Below, piece by piece: positions 61,070-64,000 of a DNA stretch of 64,000 nucleotides (position 1 is its first letter; each line of letters begins with the position of its first letter). The stretch is taken from the NCBI RefSeq assembly GCF_009914755.1, contig NC_060937.1. One strand, written 5' to 3'. The position numbers were made by a program, and so were the translations under genes. Source of the stretch: the human T2T-CHM13v2.0 reference genome, Homo sapiens. The notes beneath the pieces are model-generated. The model did not search any database. It was given only the letters and a program-made list of their open reading frames with translations, and was not told the origin of the DNA.

Positions 61070-61620
61070 CCCCTTACACAGAGGTAAGTGCTATTCACTA
61101 CAGATTTGTCTTGCTTATTCTTGAACTTCATGTAAATGGAATTATACGGTACCCAGTCTTTTGTGTTTGCCCTTTAGTAATCATATAAATGAATACATCA
61201 CAGATTTTTCATTTTTTTAATCCACTCTGTTGATGGACACATGAGGTGTTTTCAGTTCATAGCTATTAAGGCTGCTATGAACATTACTGTACAAGGCTTT
61301 TTGTGGACATTTGATTTTATTTCTCCAAGATTAATAATACCTAGGAGTGGAGTAACTAGGTCATAGAGTAGATATGTGTTTAACATTTTAATATATTACC
61401 AGTTTTTCAAAGTGGTTGCACCATTTTATACTCTCACCAGCAATGTATGAGAATTCCATTTGCTTCACACGCTTACGACACCTGATGTTGTCAATTTTTT
61501 TCATTATAAGACATTCTGGTGGGTAGGTAATGGTATCTCTATGGGTTAATTTGCATTCCCCTGATGACAAATAATATTGAGCACATTTTCATCTGTTTAT
61601 TGCCCGTTCAACCCATTCCT
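61070..61620 (-). mobile_element. Old L1 (L1ME-like) 3' fragment
   Basis: aagtggttgcaccattttatactctcaccagcaatgtatgagaattcca. Confidence 0.8.
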
Positions 61621-61684
61621 TTATGATTACTTATATTTGAATGAGTGCATTTTTCTTAAAACTGCTTTTGGAGGAAGTTTGCAT

Positions 61685-62345
61685 TGTTTAAAGATAAACA
61701 TAGGCAAATTATAATTTTAAAGTGTTTATTTGAATAGATAGTGATTCATGAATTGGGGAGCTCCAGAGGCAAGTAGTTTGGGGTGCTCCAAAGAAGGGTA
61801 GGTGGAGAAGGATGTTATAAGGGGAAAGTAGAAGCAAGGCAAAGAAAAATATCGGTTGGTTTAAGACGAGTAGTAGCCTTATTTGGATCATTCTAGCGGG
61901 AAGTCCCAAATTAGAGGTTAATTGGTGGTTTCTGATTGGTTAAACTTATTTCATTTTACTGCTTCCACTGAGTTGAGTTTCAGTTTCTGTAGGTAGTGCT
62001 GGAACCTCCTCCTTCTAATGGCCTTCCAATTAATGATTTTTCTTTTTTTTTGAGACAGAGTCTTGCTCTGTCACCGAGACGGGTGTTCAGTGGCACAATC
62101 TTGGCTAACTGCAACCTCCACCTCCTGCCTCCCAGGTTCAAGCAATTCTCCTATCTCAGCCTTTCAAGTAGCTGGGATTACAGGTGCGCACCCACCATGC
62201 CCAGCTAATTTTTGTATTTTTAGTAGAGACAGGGTCTCACCAGGAGAACTCCTGACCTCAAATAATCCACCTGCCTTGGCCTCCCAAAGTCCTGGGGTTA
62301 CAGGCGTGAGCCACCAAGCCCGGCCCCAGTTAATGATTTTAACAG
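61685..62345 (-). mobile_element. ERV-type LTR fragment containing an Alu (minus strand, ~62038-62328, TSD TTAATGATTTT)
   Basis: TG...CA bounded; tttatt and ctgattggt motifs on plus (AATAAA and CCAAT on minus); Alu clearly recognisable. Confidence 0.55.
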
Positions 62346-62557
62346 TATTGTGGAAGAGACTGGGGCTGTGTCCTGTGTTCCACATCAGCTATAACTTTTC
62401 TTAAGGCCCATATTTTTTAATGAATTCTTTTATTTTTATTTCTTCTGTACAAAAGGAGACAAGTAGCTGTAAGGCTGTTCCCCACGTAAAGTTTCTCTTC
62501 CCTCTGCCAAAGGGATAAATTGCTTGCTGGAAATAATAAATGTATTGCCTTTCAGGC

Positions 62558-62933
62558 TGTATTAGACCATTCTCACACTGTTATTAAGAACTTCCATGAG
62601 ACTGGGTAATTTATAAAGGAAAGAGGTTTAATTGACTCACAGTTCCATGTGGCTGGGGAGGCCTCAGGAAACTTACAATCATGGTGGAAGGCAAAGAGGA
62701 AGCAAGCACCTTTTTCACAAGGTGGCAGGAGAGAGAAGGAGTGCAAGAAGGGGGAAGAGCCCCACACTCATCGAACAGCCAGATCTCTTGAGAATTCATT
62801 CATTCACTATCATGAGAACAGCATGGGGGAACCTGGACCCATGATCTAATCACCTCTCACAAGGTCCCTCCCTTGATTATGAGGATTACAATTCGAGATG
62901 AGATTTGGGTGGGGACACAGCCAAACTTTATCA
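62558..62933 (-). mobile_element. MaLR solo LTR (THE1D/MSTA-like) with 5-bp TSD
   Basis: TGTATTAG...actgggtaatttataaaggaaagaggtttaattgactcacag...TCA; TSD CAGGC at 62553-62557 and 62934-62938. Confidence 0.9.
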
Positions 62934-63261
62934 CAGGCCCATATCTTTTGCCTCTTGGAACCAAAGTGTCTGAGTAGCTTCTGTCACCAACCAGCACATA
63001 TCATCGTTCTTGTTGCAAACACGGTATTTGGGTTTTGCACCACAGGATATGTCTCTAATCTTGGAGGAGTATCTTGCCACATTTTTTTGAGGTGTGCAGT
63101 AGCAGGCATTCTCTTCTGATTCCTCTACTGTTTGTCATCCCTCCTATTTACTTTGGGATTTGAGTTTCAACACTTTCCTATATTTTGTAATTTGCTTTCC
63201 CCCTTTTCATTATATTGTTGCTTTGGGTAATTTCCAAGAAAGAAAGTGAGAAATGCTGACT

Positions 63262-63822
63262 TTGAGACAGAATAGGATGAGGCTCAGCCCACATCCCCAC
63301 TAACACATTTTTCTTTTCCATATCTGCCGACTACCAGACTTTGCACCACCACCTCCACTGGCATTATAACCTCTGACTGGGAGATCTTGAAGAAACTAAG
63401 ATAAGCAGCATTCCACCATAAATCTTACTCAAGACACTTAACCCTATCCATGGCATGCACACAAGACCAGAAAAATGACTGATCCTCATTATAATACTAA
63501 AATCTCTGCCCAAGGAGGGGCTTATCCACCATTTTTTTGATCATGCAATGTATGTACTAACATGATTTCTCACTGTGCCTGCACACCCTGCATGCTTAAC
63601 CCTGCACATGCAATGACGTTCACATACCTCATGCTTATTCATGTCACCCTTCTTAAAGCACCAAAAAGACCTGCCCTCGGGGAGCCCCTCGGAGAATTTC
63701 TTCTTCCTGTACTGTATCTCTTGTGCTGGAGCATAAGCCCCAATAAAGCCTTGTCAGGGAAACTTTCTCAGCCTCATGCTAGTTTCTATTAAATGACAGT
63801 TTATGAACCTGTGGGCAGTGAC
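63262..63822 (+). mobile_element. ERV1-type solo LTR
   Basis: TGAGACAG...ttaaa box...AATAAA at ~63742...GACA LTR layout. Confidence 0.6.
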
Positions 63823-64000
63823 AACTTGACACAGCCATCCTCAAAATAGAAATTTGGATAAATACCATTTACCAAGTTAAAGTAGTTTCCTTCCACCTTT
63901 TGCTGAGATTTCTTTCTTTTAAACATGAATGAGTGCTGTATTTGATCTAAGGCTGTATCGAATCTGTTGGAATGATTATTTTTTCATCTACTTGTTAATT

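Overview
Mammalian (human or near-identical great-ape) genomic DNA. It contains the 5' two-thirds of the ciliary/centriolar gene DZIP1 (DAZ-interacting zinc finger protein 1) on the minus strand. Thirteen coding exons were mapped by hand between 494 and 48574. All have GT-AG boundaries and consistent phases, and together encode about residues 1-560, including the DZIP N-terminal domain, one C2H2 zinc finger and coiled-coil regions. The gene continues past the left edge of the window. A double CpG island (~47850-48950 and ~50400-51400) holds the first coding exons, candidate 5'UTR exons and the promoter. The rest is intron and upstream intergenic sequence full of Alu, L1, L2, MIR, MaLR/ERV LTR and MER repeats, microsatellites, a 5'-truncated EEF1A1 retrocopy and a decayed ERVL gag remnant. 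Repeat subfamily names and most repeat boundaries are by-eye estimates. I found no convincing new biological system. The most noteworthy observations are a stop-free in-frame 138-nt intron in DZIP1, a twin-primed (5'-inverted) Alu with a recoverable target-site duplication, weak-Kozak/uORF architecture, an RFX X-box-like motif, a run of three symmetric cassette exons, and some local template-switch or duplication scars.
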